NCBI GenBank assembly: GCA_964016885.1
Contig: OZ024755.1
Location: forward strand, 16,554,001-16,618,000
From: Eledone cirrhosa
Lineage: Eukaryota
Reading direction: 5' to 3'
DNA length: 64,000 bases
The notes below the pieces were generated by a model. The model was given only the letters and a program-made list of their open reading frames with translations. It did no database searches and was not told the DNA's origin. Position 1 is the stretch's first letter; the number at the start of each line of letters is the position of its first letter. Both the position numbers and the translations under genes were made by a program. This document shows, in pieces, positions 41,482-54,560 of the stretch.

Positions 41482-42709
41482 ATATATATATATATATATA
41501 TATATAAACTAAGATTACTCCCTGTTGCTCCCGTGTGATTTGTGGATTCACATTGACATTGCAACTGGAAATAATTCTATACATTATAGACACGCATGTA
41601 TAAACATGCATTCACACATACACGCACACATTCACATATATCCACATACACAATACACACAGGGGGGTAGGGACAAAGGTTTTAATAATAAATAATCCAA
41701 CTATAGAAATCATATGAAAACAGGTATAGAGGACCCTTCAGTCACATCAAGGGCAGAGGAATCTTTCCTGGGCTGGTATCATAATAAAATGTACCCAGTA
41801 CACTCTGTAAAGTGGTTGGCATTAGTAAAGGCACCCAGCTATAGAAACAATATCAAAAAGTTTAGAGAGGCCTCTTCAGTCACATCAAGGCAAAGTAACC
41901 TTTTCTGTGTTGGTGTTGTAATAAAATGCACCCAGTACACTCTGCAAAGTGGTTGGCATTAGTAAAGGCATCCAGATGTAGAAACAATTCCAGAATGAAA
42001 TGTAATTGAGTAAGACATGGGCACCTGGTCCATTCAGAGAGACAGTACCTCTGATAAAGTACTAACTGTAACAACCACTACAACACATGCTAGTATGGAA
42101 AAACAGTCATTGATTTGGTAATAAAGATTTGACACCGAAAGGATGAAAGGTCAAGTTTTTGATTTTGGCAAGATTTGAACTCAGAGCACAAAGAGCCAAA
42201 ACAAAACCTATATGGCATTTTATCTTATGCTCTAACAACTCTGCCAATCCATCCATCATCTAAAAACCAATTTGTCTCCTGTCATTTAGTGCCTTTGTTA
42301 TGAAATTGCAAGTACACGCTGAAATTACATGCAGTGAGGTTGAAAAGCAGGATTTCTTTCATGGCAAATAACAAAATATTCCTTTTCAACATTTGATTGC
42401 CGAACCAAATCAGGAATGTGTCATTTTACAAAGAGGATTGCTCTACATTATTGAGCCTTGGCATTGGCAAACATTGTTAGAGAGCCAGACAAAATTCTTT
42501 GCAGTATTTATTCCAGTTCTTGACATTCTGAGTTCAAATCCTGCTGAGGTAAACTTTACCAACTTTCTATCCTTCCAAAGTTGATAACATAAAGTACCAA
42601 TCAAGAACTGAGTGGGGGTCAATTTAATTGATTTTTTTTTCATTTTTTTTGTTTTTCAATTTTATCATGAAGATACCAAGACAAAGAAATTTGCAACTCA
42701 CACTTACGC

Positions 42710-42886
42710 ATGAAGGACAGCTGAAATGTTCATAGCTGTGAAATCTTGCATTCAACTCTTTTTTATTAATAACTGCATTGTTTCTTTCGAGGAACTATGT
42801 TGAAAAAAAAAACAAAAAAAAAACCCATTTGATCATTCCATGAGAGTATTCAGGCCAGCATATGAACTTTTCAGCCAACTTTTGTA
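42710..42886. mobile_element. Mariner-type MITE, same family, opposite orientation
   Basis: cagctgaaatgttcatag...tatgaacttttcagccaac, with the internal sequence reversed relative to 38108. Confidence 0.55.
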
Positions 42887-43861
42887 GCTTTAGCTGGCTT
42901 CTTAAGAACAAGGTTGGCCACATCTTGGAGCTCTTTTGGGTGTTTTAAGAATAGGGACCCAGGATTATATAATGAATATCATCATCATGATCGTCATATT
43001 TACATCCACTTTTTATGCTGGTATGGGTTGGATGGGATGTTTTCAGGCAATGTTTTACAGACAGATGATACCCTTCCTGATGCCAGCCCCTTTTAGGACA
43101 CATACAGATACAGTGTGCCTACATTAAAACCTGGGGTATATATGGCATAGTTTAAATAAAAAGTTATTTATTACTATACAAAAACTTGAATGCTTCGTAG
43201 GTAGGATTAAACCTGCTTTTTTTCTTTCTCTCTTCCACACACACACAATCACACCTCATATATACATACAACGCAACACATACTCATATACACGCAACAC
43301 ATACTCATCATATACATACTCACATGCAACAACACGTACTCAAATACACATACACAACACAATACATACCCCCTACACACACAAATTCAATACAATACAT
43401 ACACACTCACATACACAACACAATTCAACACAATACCCCCTCCATACACACACAGCCCCCCACACATATACCCCCCCCCCCCACACACACACATATACAT
43501 GCACCTCTCACTAATTAAGCCACACTGACTTCTTTCACATTCCTGTCACTCTTTGGTTAAAGAGGTAAAGAAAAGAAGTTATTTTTGGCAAATACCCTCC
43601 ATGCTTAAGTTTTCTTGCTCCATACCCCCACCGCCGCCACCACCACCCCCACTGCCACAATCCATCCACCACCTACAACATTATACCTGTTCCCACCCAC
43701 ACTTTCAAACTCAACACCCCACCACCACCGCCACCCTTTTCTTTCTCACACACCACACTCTCTACTTTTAGACATCTTGAAAAACCCAACCAAGATCACT
43801 TGTTACTACTTACTACTACTACCACCACCACCACCACCACAACAACTACTACTGCTACTAA

Positions 43862-43897
<36 letters not shown>

Positions 43898-44121
43898 CTT
43901 CCAATGCCACATCACCATGTTCTCTTTATTCACAACTCTTAGGCACCATCACTAAATATATTAGTTGCTGCCTTTACTACCACTACTACTACTACCACTA
44001 CTATTACTTATGGACTACCATCACCATCTTACCTATTGCCCACTACTATTCTTTCTCTCTTTCATACCAATACCACCACTGTTGCTACTACTGAACAATT
44101 TACCATTCTCACTGCTACTGT

Positions 44122-44169
<48 letters not shown>

Positions 44170-44609
44170 ACCAACAGTGTTACTATTCCTGTTGCATTTA
44201 CTTTTCAACACATCCATCATGTACCAACACCACTACCCTCACCACCATCACCACCACCACCACCACCACCAGCATACCCAACCACTACTACCACCCTCAC
44301 CATTATCATCAACACCTCCACAATTACCACCACCAACACCCTCACAATCACCATCATTACCTCCACCTCCACAACCACTACTACCCTCACCATCACTATC
44401 ACCACCACCAACACTCCCACAATCACCATCATCATCATCATCTACATCTCTTACATTTTTTACATTTCCTTCTTACCATTGGTAGCAGTTATTCCTGCAA
44501 TCTACTAGAAATAGCAGCCGAATCACCCTTAAATCATACTCGGTCATCTATTAAAACAAGGATCTACAGACCCATTGGATTGGATAATATATATAAGCAA
44601 TATGAGATG

Positions 44610-44642
<33 letters not shown>

Positions 44643-44711
44643 TATACACATACAGGTGGTGCTATTAAGTTGGATGTGGGCTGGGCCAATACTGGCCAAA
44701 ACCTATCAAAG

Positions 44712-44757
<46 letters not shown>

Positions 44758-45024
44758 ATGTAAACTTCCCCCTTTGTATTTGTCCCCTTCTTTTGTGCCC
44801 CTGTGGCTAATAAAGAAACATATATATATATATATATATAGATATGTTTCTTTATTAGCCACATACAATAGATATATATATATATATCTAGTGATAATAA
44901 TAAATTTGAAGACTAAAATCCGAAGAGGGCTCGATAAGGATAAATATATATCAGATATATAGAAACGTAGAGCAAATATTTATTAAAATTATTAAGCGAT
45001 TCTTTGCTTAAACTTTAATCTGTT

Positions 45025-45195
45025 ATATAGAAGAGCTTCTACAGGACTAGAACTGTTTCATTCGTGAGATGATTTCTCATGAATGATACAGTTCTAGTCC
45101 TGTAGAAGCTCTTCTATATTAAAACTTTTATACTCTGCTATGTATTGAGTACCCTACTTACTGTGGTTACCTCCGATTCAAACCGGAATAACTTA
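45025..45195 (+). mobile_element. (TA)n-associated fold-back element, same family as 12156
   Basis: Hairpin atatagaagagcttctacaggactagaactgt...acagttctagtcctgtagaagctcttctatat, then the tail tactctgctatgtattgagtacc. Confidence 0.6.
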
Positions 45196-45211
45196 TGTTA
45201 TATATATATAT

Positions 45212-45458
45212 ATAGGAAAAGAGTCAGGACCCCCGACAGCTGAGCTCCGGCCGATTCAACAACTAGGTCTGAACAAACGCAGTGATGTTAGGACGGCAGT
45301 AGTCTAACTACTGCGTTAGTTCAGACCTAGCTGTCGAAACGGCCAGAGCTCAGCCGTCGGGTCCTGTCTCTTTTCCTATTACCTACTCTACTACCCTAAG
45401 TATCGAGTACTCTGGTGCGTTATGGTCCACCTGGTGCCTTACCCCACTTCATTCGTTA
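45212..45458 (+). mobile_element. (TA)n-inserted fold-back element, 'GAAACGGC..GCCGTC' family
   Basis: Imperfect ~70-bp inverted arms, the 3' half of a hammerhead (GAAACGGC...GCCGTC), and the same tail as 11416, 12393 and 18416. Confidence 0.6.
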
Positions 45459-45472
45459 TATATATATATATA

Positions 45473-45830
45473 CAGGGTGAGTCAAAATTATGTTAACACG
45501 AGTATGGGAGAAATCATTTATTCAGAATTTACTGAACAGTCTCAACCTGGTCACCAGCATGATCAATACACAAAAACCAGCGATCAACAGTACAACTTAG
45601 TGCCTTGACACACAATACTTGATATGACACCTTGTATTCTATCCTTGAGTTCATCGATGTCTCTAACTTTTTTGCTATACACGCGCTCCTTTACCATGCC
45701 CCATAACCAGAAGTAACAGGGTGTCAGATCAGGGGACTGTGCTGGCCATGCTAATGGTCCACCGCGACCTATCCAACGATTTGGAAATGTTTAATCGAGA
45801 AAAGTGTTAACATAATTTTGACTCACCCTG
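45473..45830 (-). mobile_element. Tc1/mariner internal-deletion derivative with perfect 27-bp TIRs
   Basis: TA-CAGGGTGAGTCAAAATTATGTTAACAC...GTGTTAACATAATTTTGACTCACCCTG-TA. The minus strand encodes FPNRWIGRGGPLAWPAQSPDLTPCYFWLWGMVKERVY, the transposase SPDL motif. Confidence 0.92.
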
Positions 45831-45951
45831 TATATATCATCATCATCATCATCTGGTTGGGATTTTACATATCTCTATACCCACTCAGCAACTCCCCATG
45901 TATTGGGTACTCCCATGATTAATGGTCTCCTCAGTCTCAGCACTGCAGACC

Positions 45952-46010
<59 letters not shown>

Positions 46011-46499
46011 AATTTATATTATTACATTAGAGCTGTATTTATACTTAGACAGCACAAATCAAAACAATCTGAGGTAGTCCCTAAACACTCAATGATGCAA
46101 GAAATAAATTCTTGACGTCAGAGTGGACTCAAAGAAGAGGGGAAACACCATGAATAAAGCTCAGACTTCATGGTTGCCAAATACAATAGATAACAACAGC
46201 AAGGAATACCAAAGGAAAGTGAATTTGTGTGTGTATATATATATATCAGATAAGGTGGGGTAAAAATCCCACTAGAGTACTTGATACTTGGGGTAGGAGA
46301 GTGGGTAACATATAGATAGATATGTGTGTGTCCCAGGTTCAATCGGGAGTAACCAAGCATAACTTTACCATATATATATATATGGTAAAGTTATGGCTGT
46401 ATAAATACAGAGTGTGTAGCCAATACACATATCTAATATGTAAACATGCCAGAAAATATGAATTTATGAATTTCCCTGTAAATTGAAAAAAATGCTGAA

Positions 46500-46540
46500 T
46501 ATCTAGTCGATTTCTGATCTAATTGGGCCTTCATCAGAAG
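46500..46540 (-). ncRNA. Degenerate hammerhead-like core
   Basis: The minus strand reads CTGATGAAGG...GAA ATC gacta GAT A. Stems I and II are weak. Confidence 0.3.
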
Positions 46541-46944
46541 ACAGTGCAGTCATGGTGCTGTATTGTACTTTTCAAGAAAGTCTTGTTCACATGGTACAGG
46601 ACATTAAGTGAGTTAAAATAATTAAAAAATAGTCTCCATAACCTTGTATTATCATGGTTTCAATTTTTATTCATCTTGGTCTGTAAGACATAAAATCTTT
46701 CTTAATTTGGCCTGTCTCCAAAATAGTACCCCCACCCCTATCCCAGTAGTCATCCTTGACAGGCCACTTAACCTCTCTTTTCAACTATTTTCTACTAATG
46801 GCATTAATAAAAAAACTAAAACAGCAAACCCCTTTTTCATTTATCAACAACATACCTTCTGTCCCAACTTTTCTATATCTAAATACCATCAAACTGAAGT
46901 GAATATATGTGTGTGTGTGTATAGATAAATAGATAGATAGATCG

Positions 46945-47122
46945 GTATTGTACCAGTTTTAAATTCATAAGACCATTATTCAGCAAAGTACTCAATACCT
47001 GGAATAGTAGAGATTCAGGGCCCAATGGCCGACCGAGCTCATGCTGTTTTGACAGCAAATTCCAGACTGGAATTTGCTTTCGAAACTGCAAGGGCTCAAC
47101 CATTGGGCCCTGAATCTCTACT
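46945..47122 (-). mobile_element. Diverged fold-back copy of the 'GAAACGGC' family
   Basis: Inverted ends tagtagagattcagggcccaatgg/ccattgggccctgaatctctacta, and the tail ggtattgagtactttgctgaataatggtc (minus) shared with 29450-29500. Confidence 0.5.
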
Positions 47123-47132
47123 ATATATATAT

Positions 47133-47370
47133 AAATATAAACAAGGTTTAGTAAATAATGAAAAAGTTTCAAAATAAATTTTAAAAAATTGACTTTACCT
47201 AAGGTAAAGTCAATTTTTTTAAATTTATTTTGAAACTTTTTCATTATTTACTAAACCTTGTTTATATTTGTTCTGGCTCGTTAATTTATTAACCCGCCAT
47301 TGAACCACACTGGCATTTGGTTGGACAATACATGCGTACCTTGGCGCCTTGTGCGTGAAGGAACGTATTT

Positions 47371-47373
<3 letters not shown>
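47133..47373 (+). mobile_element. Fold-back element in (TA)n with ~68-bp arms
   Basis: aaatataaacaaggtttagt...ttgactttacct a aggtaaagtcaa...actaaaccttgtttatattt plus a ~100-bp unpaired tail. Confidence 0.5.
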
Positions 47374-47425
<52 letters not shown>

Positions 47426-47427
47426 CC

Positions 47428-47499
47428 GGTCTCATGGTGTAATGGTTAGCACTCTGGACTTTGAATCCAGCGATCCGAGTTCAAATCTCGGTGAGACCT
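47428..47499 (+). tRNA. trnQ-TTG: tRNA-Gln (anticodon TTG)
   Basis: GGTCTCATGGTGTAATGGTTAGCACTCTGGACTTTGAATCCAGCGATCCGAGTTCAAATCTCGGTGAGACCT. Acceptor GGTCTCA/TGAGACC, anticodon stem CTGGA/TCCAG and T stem CCGAG/CTCGG all pair. A T5 terminator lies at 47505-47509. Confidence 0.95.
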
Positions 47500-47511
47500 T
47501 AGTATTTTTAT

Positions 47512-47815
47512 GGAGGCACATGGCTTAGTGGTTAGAGCATTGGCCTTGCAATCGAAAGGTTGTGAGTTCAATTCTCAGACCGGGTGATGTGTTGTTTCCT
47601 TGAGCAAGGCACTTTATTTCATGTTGCTCCAGTTTACTCAGCTGTAGAAATGAGATGAAAGTGGTCGTGTAGGCGCCACGGCAAAAAAGCACCCAGCACT
47701 CACTGTAAATGAGGTTGGTGTTAGGAAGGGCATCCAGCTGTAGAAATCAAGCCAGCATCAGTTCCCGTCCCACCCTTGCAAGCAGGGAAAAGTGGACGTA
47801 AAATGAAATGATGAT
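47512..47815 (+). mobile_element. tRNA-derived SINE (CORE-like middle, RTE-type tail with ATG repeats)
   Basis: A box tggcttagtgg, B box agttcaattc, ccttgagcaaggcactt core, and tail ...ggacgtaaaatgaaatgatga. Confidence 0.85.
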
Positions 47816-47939
47816 ATATATGTATGTATGTATGTATGTGTGTATAGATGCAAAAGGTAAATGGATCAACAAAGCAAACAACAGAGTACAATGAAGAAAT
47901 ATATTAGTTTAACGCTTGATATAGTAGGAAAAGAGTTTT

Positions 47940-47967
47940 GACGTTTCAGACACTAGTCCTTCATCAG
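47940..47967 (-). ncRNA. Hammerhead-like core (CTGATGAAG variant)
   Basis: The minus strand reads CTGATGAAGGAC tagt GTCT GAAACGTC. The downstream sequence (caagcgttaa.ctaatatatttctt) matches 1787-1812. Confidence 0.45.
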
Positions 47968-48689
47968 GAGATAGAATGAGAAATAAAAGATGAAATAGAG
48001 AGTGAGAAGAGAAAGGAAGGGTAAAAAAAAGTTTTTTGAGAATAAGCACATGTGTGTTCAGTCAGCCATTTTGGAGATATTGCTGAGATCTAACAAGATA
48101 AAAACATGCCTGTTGCTTTCACCAGCTGGCTATCAGGCAAGATCCACTCTTTACTGCATTGTCCTTGATGCCTAGAAGTTGGATGATTAATTGATATTGT
48201 TAGAGTTATCGCCCTTGCTTGATATTTTTAGATTTCGAACACTCAGTCACTAAAGGGAGTTCTTGTGTTTAGATTGCAAAGATAATCTCAGTAAAGTGAA
48301 ATGTTTTTCAGCTTACTGTTTCACATGTGGGACTTTATCCTCTGTGTGTGTATACGTAGGTTTATGTGTGTGTGTATACATGTGTATATGTACATGTCTG
48401 TATGTGTATGTGTATATGTGTGCGTGATTGTGTATACGTGTGTATGTGTATGTATGTTTATGTCAGTGTATACATGAGTATATGTACATCTCTCTCTATA
48501 TATATATGTGTGTGTGTGTGTGTGAATCCTCCTGAACTCTCTTTTGATCAGAGTTTCAGAGTAAAAGTTGGAAAAGGAAGAGGAGATTTAATGTTTGGGA
48601 GGGGGGAGATGAGGGAAAAGAAGAGGAATAAGCTAAAGCAAGAGAAGGAAAAGTCTTGGAAGAAGGATTGTTTGTGTAACTTGTGTATA

Positions 48690-48723
<34 letters not shown>

Positions 48724-48829
48724 TGTATATATGTATGGGTATGCTTGTGTAACTTGTGTATAATATCATGTGCGTATATATAATATATATATATTGTATA
48801 TATGTATGTATGGGTATGTTTGTTTAACT

Positions 48830-48869
<40 letters not shown>

Positions 48870-48940
48870 TATTTATTGTATGTATGGGTATGTTTGTGTA
48901 ACTTGTGTGTATTTTCGTGTGTGTGTGTGTGTGTGTGTGC

Positions 48941-49061
<121 letters not shown>

Positions 49062-49658
49062 GTTATGTGTGTGTGTGTGTGTTTATATCTGTATGTGTAA
49101 GTTTGTGTGTTGTCATGCATATGTAGGACTGCATATGTATGTCCATGTGTAGACTTAACCACCATCACCATCACCATCATCTCCACCAGCAGGAACACCA
49201 CCATCATCGCCACCACCATCATCATCATCATCATCATCATCACCTCTGCCTCCACCATTTCCTGTTAGGCCAGCTGTTTGGCCTAGAGAGTATAAATAAT
49301 CTTCCACAGAACTACCATAGCATTTTCTCTTCCAGCTCTCTCTCTCCCTTCCTCCCTCCCTCCCTCCCTTGCTCTCTTTACCCACTGCCATCTACCCCCT
49401 CCCCCTCCACCACTGCCACCCTCTGTACCCATACTCCATTCCTCTCCTCTGCCCCACCACCACACCCCCACCCCGCCTCTCTACAGCCAGCCAAAGCAGG
49501 CTGCCTCATTACTACCAGCAACAGGAACAACACCCCCCCCATCCCCACCATCGCCACCACCTCCTCCATCATCATCATCATCATCATCATCTTTGTAAAA
49601 TGCTCCACTTCCTTTCCTAATTTTTCTAGTGTGCTCTCACCCCTTCCCACACATGCAA

Positions 49659-49693
<35 letters not shown>

Positions 49694-50143
49694 CACACAC
49701 AAGCATATATACATGACATACAGACATATAACACAACACACACACACACACACACATCTTGTTCTCCTTTCTCTCTCTCCTCCTCCCAGGATGTCAAATC
49801 TATCCAAACACACACATACACCCCATACACACAAACACACACACAAACACACACACACACACACACTCCACTTATACTCATTTTCTCTCTCTCTCTCACA
49901 CACTCAACCTATACTCTCTCTCTCACTCGCACTCACACACACACATTCAAACATGTGCAGCATTCACTCAGAGGTTTAGAGTTATATCTACTCCCCACTC
50001 ATAATAACCAACCTGCACTCTCACTCAGGCTCACACTCACACCCACACTCACCCTCAATGAACAAGTTATTTCACTCAGACATTCAAGCTGATGGAATGG
50101 GGTATATTCAGAGATAAAAAAAAATCTCCTCCCTCTATTTCTC

Positions 50144-50189
<46 letters not shown>

Positions 50190-50352
50190 CTAGAGAGAGA
50201 AAAGGATAAAGATATATGTATGTACATATATATATATATAAGTGGCTCTCTATCATTATCTCTACCCCCCCTCTCTCTCTCTATATATATATATATATAC
50301 ACACATATATGTGTGTGTGTATAAGTATATATATATATATGTGTGTGTGTGT

Positions 50353-50394
<42 letters not shown>

Positions 50395-50661
50395 AAAGAG
50401 TCAGGACCCCAACCGCTGAGCTCCTGCCGTTTTGATAGCTAGATCCGAATGGATATATATATATGTATATATACATATGTATGTATCCAGCTCTCTCTCT
50501 CTCCCAGTCAGTATATCTTTCTGCCTGTCTTCCTCTGGTTCCCATCCTCCCACACACCAGCTCCCCCTCCCTCTTTCCCCTTCTGTTACCTAGCTTTACA
50601 AGATACTCTACTTCATCGTTTTTAGCTTCCTATCTTCCTTGCTCCTCTCATCAGCCATAAA

Positions 50662-50930
50662 CACACACACACCTTTACTTAGACACATACATACATATAT
50701 GTATGTGTACACACACACACCTTTACTTAGACACATACATACATATATGTACACACACCTTTACTTAGACACACATACATATATGTATGTGTACACACAC
50801 ACCTTTACTTAGACACACACATACATACATATATGTATGTGTACACACACACACCTTTACTTAGACACATACATACATTTATGTATGTGTACACACACAC
50901 ACACACCTTTACTTAGACACATACATACAC
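50662..50930. repeat. Tandem repeat acacctttacttagacacatacat, six copies
   Basis: Direct repeats with variable CA/TA spacers. Confidence 0.8.
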
Positions 50931-51065
50931 ATACACTCACATGTATATATATATATGTGTACACCTATACACTCACACACATACATACATATATATATAT
51001 GTGTGTGTGTGTGAGTGTATAGGTGTACACATATATATACATACATATGTGAGTGTGTGTGTGTG

Positions 51066-51098
<33 letters not shown>

Positions 51099-51639
51099 AA
51101 GAATTACATATATATATATATATAATCTTACATAAACAAACTCACATACTTATACATTTTATACAAGCATATATTTGAACACACACACACACAAACATAC
51201 ACACATACATTGCATCACCAACCTTCAATGCAACTAGTACTTCCACCACTGAGAACATCATCATCATCATCATACTCCACCACCACTACCACCACCAGAA
51301 TGAAAGGAAGCATGTGGGCTTGAGTTATATATCTACCCCACATCTCTCTCTACTCTCTCTCTCACTTTACCCTAAATCTCTCTCACTGTACCTCACCTCT
51401 CTCCACCTCTCTTTTTACCCTACATATCTCTCTCTCTCTCTCCTGTTGAGATTTGGTTGGCAGAGATATGTTTCAATATATTAAGGCTTAGCTTAGATTT
51501 GGATGGGGTGAGGTAGAGTTTGTAGGGAAGGTCATGGTAGGGTGCTGCTGGTAATGGTGGAGGTACTGAAGGTACCAGTGATGGTGGTGGTGGTGGTGGT
51601 GGTGGTAGGTGGGAAAGTAGTGGTTGTGGTTGTGCTGGT

Positions 51640-52470
51640 GTTAGGTGGTAGAGAGTGGTAGTGCTGGTGGCAGTGGTGGTGCTGGTGCTAGTACTAGGGG
51701 GGGGTAGCAGTGGTGGTGATGGTACTGGAGTTATGTGGTAGTGGTTGTGGTGCTGGTGCTAATACTAGGGAGGTAGCAGTGGCGGTGGTGGTGGTGGTGG
51801 TACTGGTGTTATGTGGTAGTGGTTGTGGTGCTGGGCTAGGTGGTAGTGGTTGTGCTGGACTAGATGGTAGAGTGTGGTAGTGCTGGTGTTAGTACTAGGT
51901 GGTAGAGAGTGGTAGTGCTGGTGCTAGTACGATATGGTGAGGGTGGTAGTGCTGGTGCTAGTACGATGTGGTGAGGGTGGTAGTGCTGGTGTTAGTACTA
52001 GGTGGTAGAGAGTGGTAGTGCTGGTGCTAGTACGATATGGTGAGGGTGGTAGTGCTGGTGCTAGTACGATGTGGTGAGGGTGGTAGTGCTGGTGTTAGTA
52101 CTAGGTGGTAGAGAGTGGTAGTGCTGGTGCTAGTACGATATGGTGAGGGTGGTAGTGCTGGTGCTAGTACGATGTGGTGAGGGTGGTAGTGCTGGTGTTA
52201 GTACTAGGTGGTAGAGAGTGGTAGTGCTGGTGCTAGTACGATATGGTGAGGGTGGTAGTGCTGGTGTTAGTACTAGGTGGTAGAGGGTGGTAGTGCTGGT
52301 GTTAGTACTAGGTGGTAGTGAGTGGTAGTGCTGGTGCTAGTACGATATGGTGAGGGTGGTGCTGGACTAGATGGTAGAGTGTGGTAGTAGTGCTGGGCTA
52401 AGTGGTAAGGAGTGGTAGTGCTGGTGTTAGTACTAGGTGGTAGAGAGTGGTAGTGCTGGTGCTAGTAGGA
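51640..52470. repeat. G-rich minisatellite (33-bp unit, 99-bp higher order)
   Basis: Repeats of gtggtagtgctggtg(c/t)tagtac..., with three unit variants cycling in order. Confidence 0.9.
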
Positions 52471-52968
52471 GATGGTGGTGGCAACAGTAGATTTGTGGTG
52501 GTGGTGGTGGTGCACTACCAACATCAATGTGGGTGGGTAATCAGAATGGAAGACAGATACCTAGAGATGGAGTAGAAAGTGTCAGGGTGGATGAGGAGGA
52601 GAAGGGGGGTGATTCTTCAGGAGGAGGGTGGATGAGAAGGATGTCCCTGCTACTACCATTACCACCCTGCCACTTCTACTTCCACCTACTGGCATTTTCA
52701 CACTGCCTTGAGGGGTGGGGTGAGTTGAGAGTAAAAGTGTGAAGGGAGGTGTATGTGTGAGTAGGGGTGGGGGAAGTTTAAGGAATATAAAATGTTTTTT
52801 ACAGATAAGACAGAGACCCTAGAATGATGTTACAGAGAATTATGGGTGAATCCATATATATGTGTGTAATATAGATATATGTATATGTGTGTGTGTGTAT
52901 ATACATATATATATATGCATACATATACATATCTCTCTCTCTATATATATATGTGTGTAAGCATTAAG

Positions 52969-53012
<44 letters not shown>

Positions 53013-53155
53013 AACTAGGCAGTCATTCATATGGATACAGAGAAACACATGTGAATATGCACCTGTGTTGTTTGTGAATCTATCTATATTCATGAAAAAT
53101 GTCAGTGCACACCCAAATGTACAAACACACACATATATATATATATATATATATT

Positions 53156-53195
<40 letters not shown>

Positions 53196-53352
53196 CACAT
53201 ACATATATATATATATATTTTCCCCACTTGAGGCAAGATAGGTTGACTTGCTCGTATAGGACTGTCTGGCGGGTTTTCTACAGCTGGATGCCCTTCCTAA
53301 TATTGAAATGCGCATAATAAAATACATGGAACTCTTTTAACCATCTTTTGTT

Positions 53353-53390
<38 letters not shown>

Positions 53391-53410
53391 CACACACACA
53401 CACACACATA

Positions 53411-53610
53411 TCATCATCATCATTTAACGTCCATCTTCCACGCTTGCATGGGTTTGGACGGGAATTTTCCCCACTTGAGGCAAGATTGGTTGACTTGCTC
53501 GTATAGGACTGTCTGGCGGGTTTTCTACGGCTGGATGCCCTTCCTAACACCAACCACGTTTACAGTGTGGACTGGGAGGTTTTTACCGTGTTACTTACAC
53601 GGCCACATTA
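53411..53610 (-). mobile_element. 3' part of an RTE-tailed SINE
   Basis: Near-identical to 7586-7790, with a partial duplicate at 53220-53300. Confidence 0.7.
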
Positions 53611-53734
53611 TATATATACACACATATATATATATATATATATATAATGTATACATTGTGTCTTGTGTGCGAGATACTCATAACCAAAAGATTAAAACGA
53701 GGAGTTATAATACCCCCCAAAAAACTACATGCTG

Positions 53735-54201
53735 TTGTGAAATCATGTGACCCAGTGGGTTAAATAGTCTGTTGTGGAGTCATGTGACCCAGTGGGTTAA
53801 ATAGTCTGTTGTGGAGTCATGTGACCCAGTGGGTTAGATAGACTTGTGAAATCATGTGACCCAGTGGGTTAAATAGTCTGTTGTGGAGTTTTGTGACCCA
53901 GTGGGTTAGATAGACTGTTGTGGAGTTTTGTGACCCAGTGGGTTAGATACTGCTGTGGAGTCATGTGACCCAGTGGGTTAGATAGACTGCTGTGGAGTCA
54001 TGTGACTCAGTGGGTTAGATAGACTGCTGTGGAGTCATGTGACCCAGTGGGTTAGATAGTCTGTTGTGGAGTCATGTGACCCAGTGGGTTAGATAGACTG
54101 TTGTGGAGTCATGTGACCCAGTGGGTTAGATAGACTGTTGTGGAGTCATGTGACCGAGTAGGTTAGATAGACTGTTGTGGAGTCATGTGACCCAGTGGGT
54201 T
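53735..54201. repeat. Minisatellite, ~35-bp unit
   Basis: About 13 units of gtcatgtgacccagtgggttagatagactgttgtgga. Confidence 0.9.
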
Positions 54202-54239
54202 GTATTGTGTTCTTGAGCAAGATGCTTCATGTCGACCTG

Positions 54240-54560
54240 TATAATATTTCTATAATATCTGTTTAACATCTGTGTGATGTCTATATAATATCTGTCTGAT
54301 AGTTATATAATATCTGTATGATATCTACATAATATCCATATGATATCTGTATATCCATGTAATATCTGTATAATATCGGCCTGTATTATATATCTGTATA
54401 ATATCTGTGTGATATCTATATAATATCTTTATAATACCAGCATGTATGATATCCATATAATATCTGTATAGTATATGTATATTATCAGTATAATGTCTAT
54501 ATAGTATCTGCATGATATCAGCTTGTATGATATCCGTATAATATCTGTATGATATTGGCC
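54240..54560. repeat. Degenerate ~11-bp tandem repeat (atatctgtata)
   Basis: Low-complexity periodic sequence. Confidence 0.7.

Noticed and set aside
47512-47585. SINE heads as tRNA genes
   Set aside because: A and B boxes are present but there is no proper cloverleaf, and the heads continue into SINE bodies.
53735-54201. CRISPR-like periodic ~35-bp repeats
   Set aside because: The units are contiguous with no unique spacers or cas genes, in a eukaryotic context.
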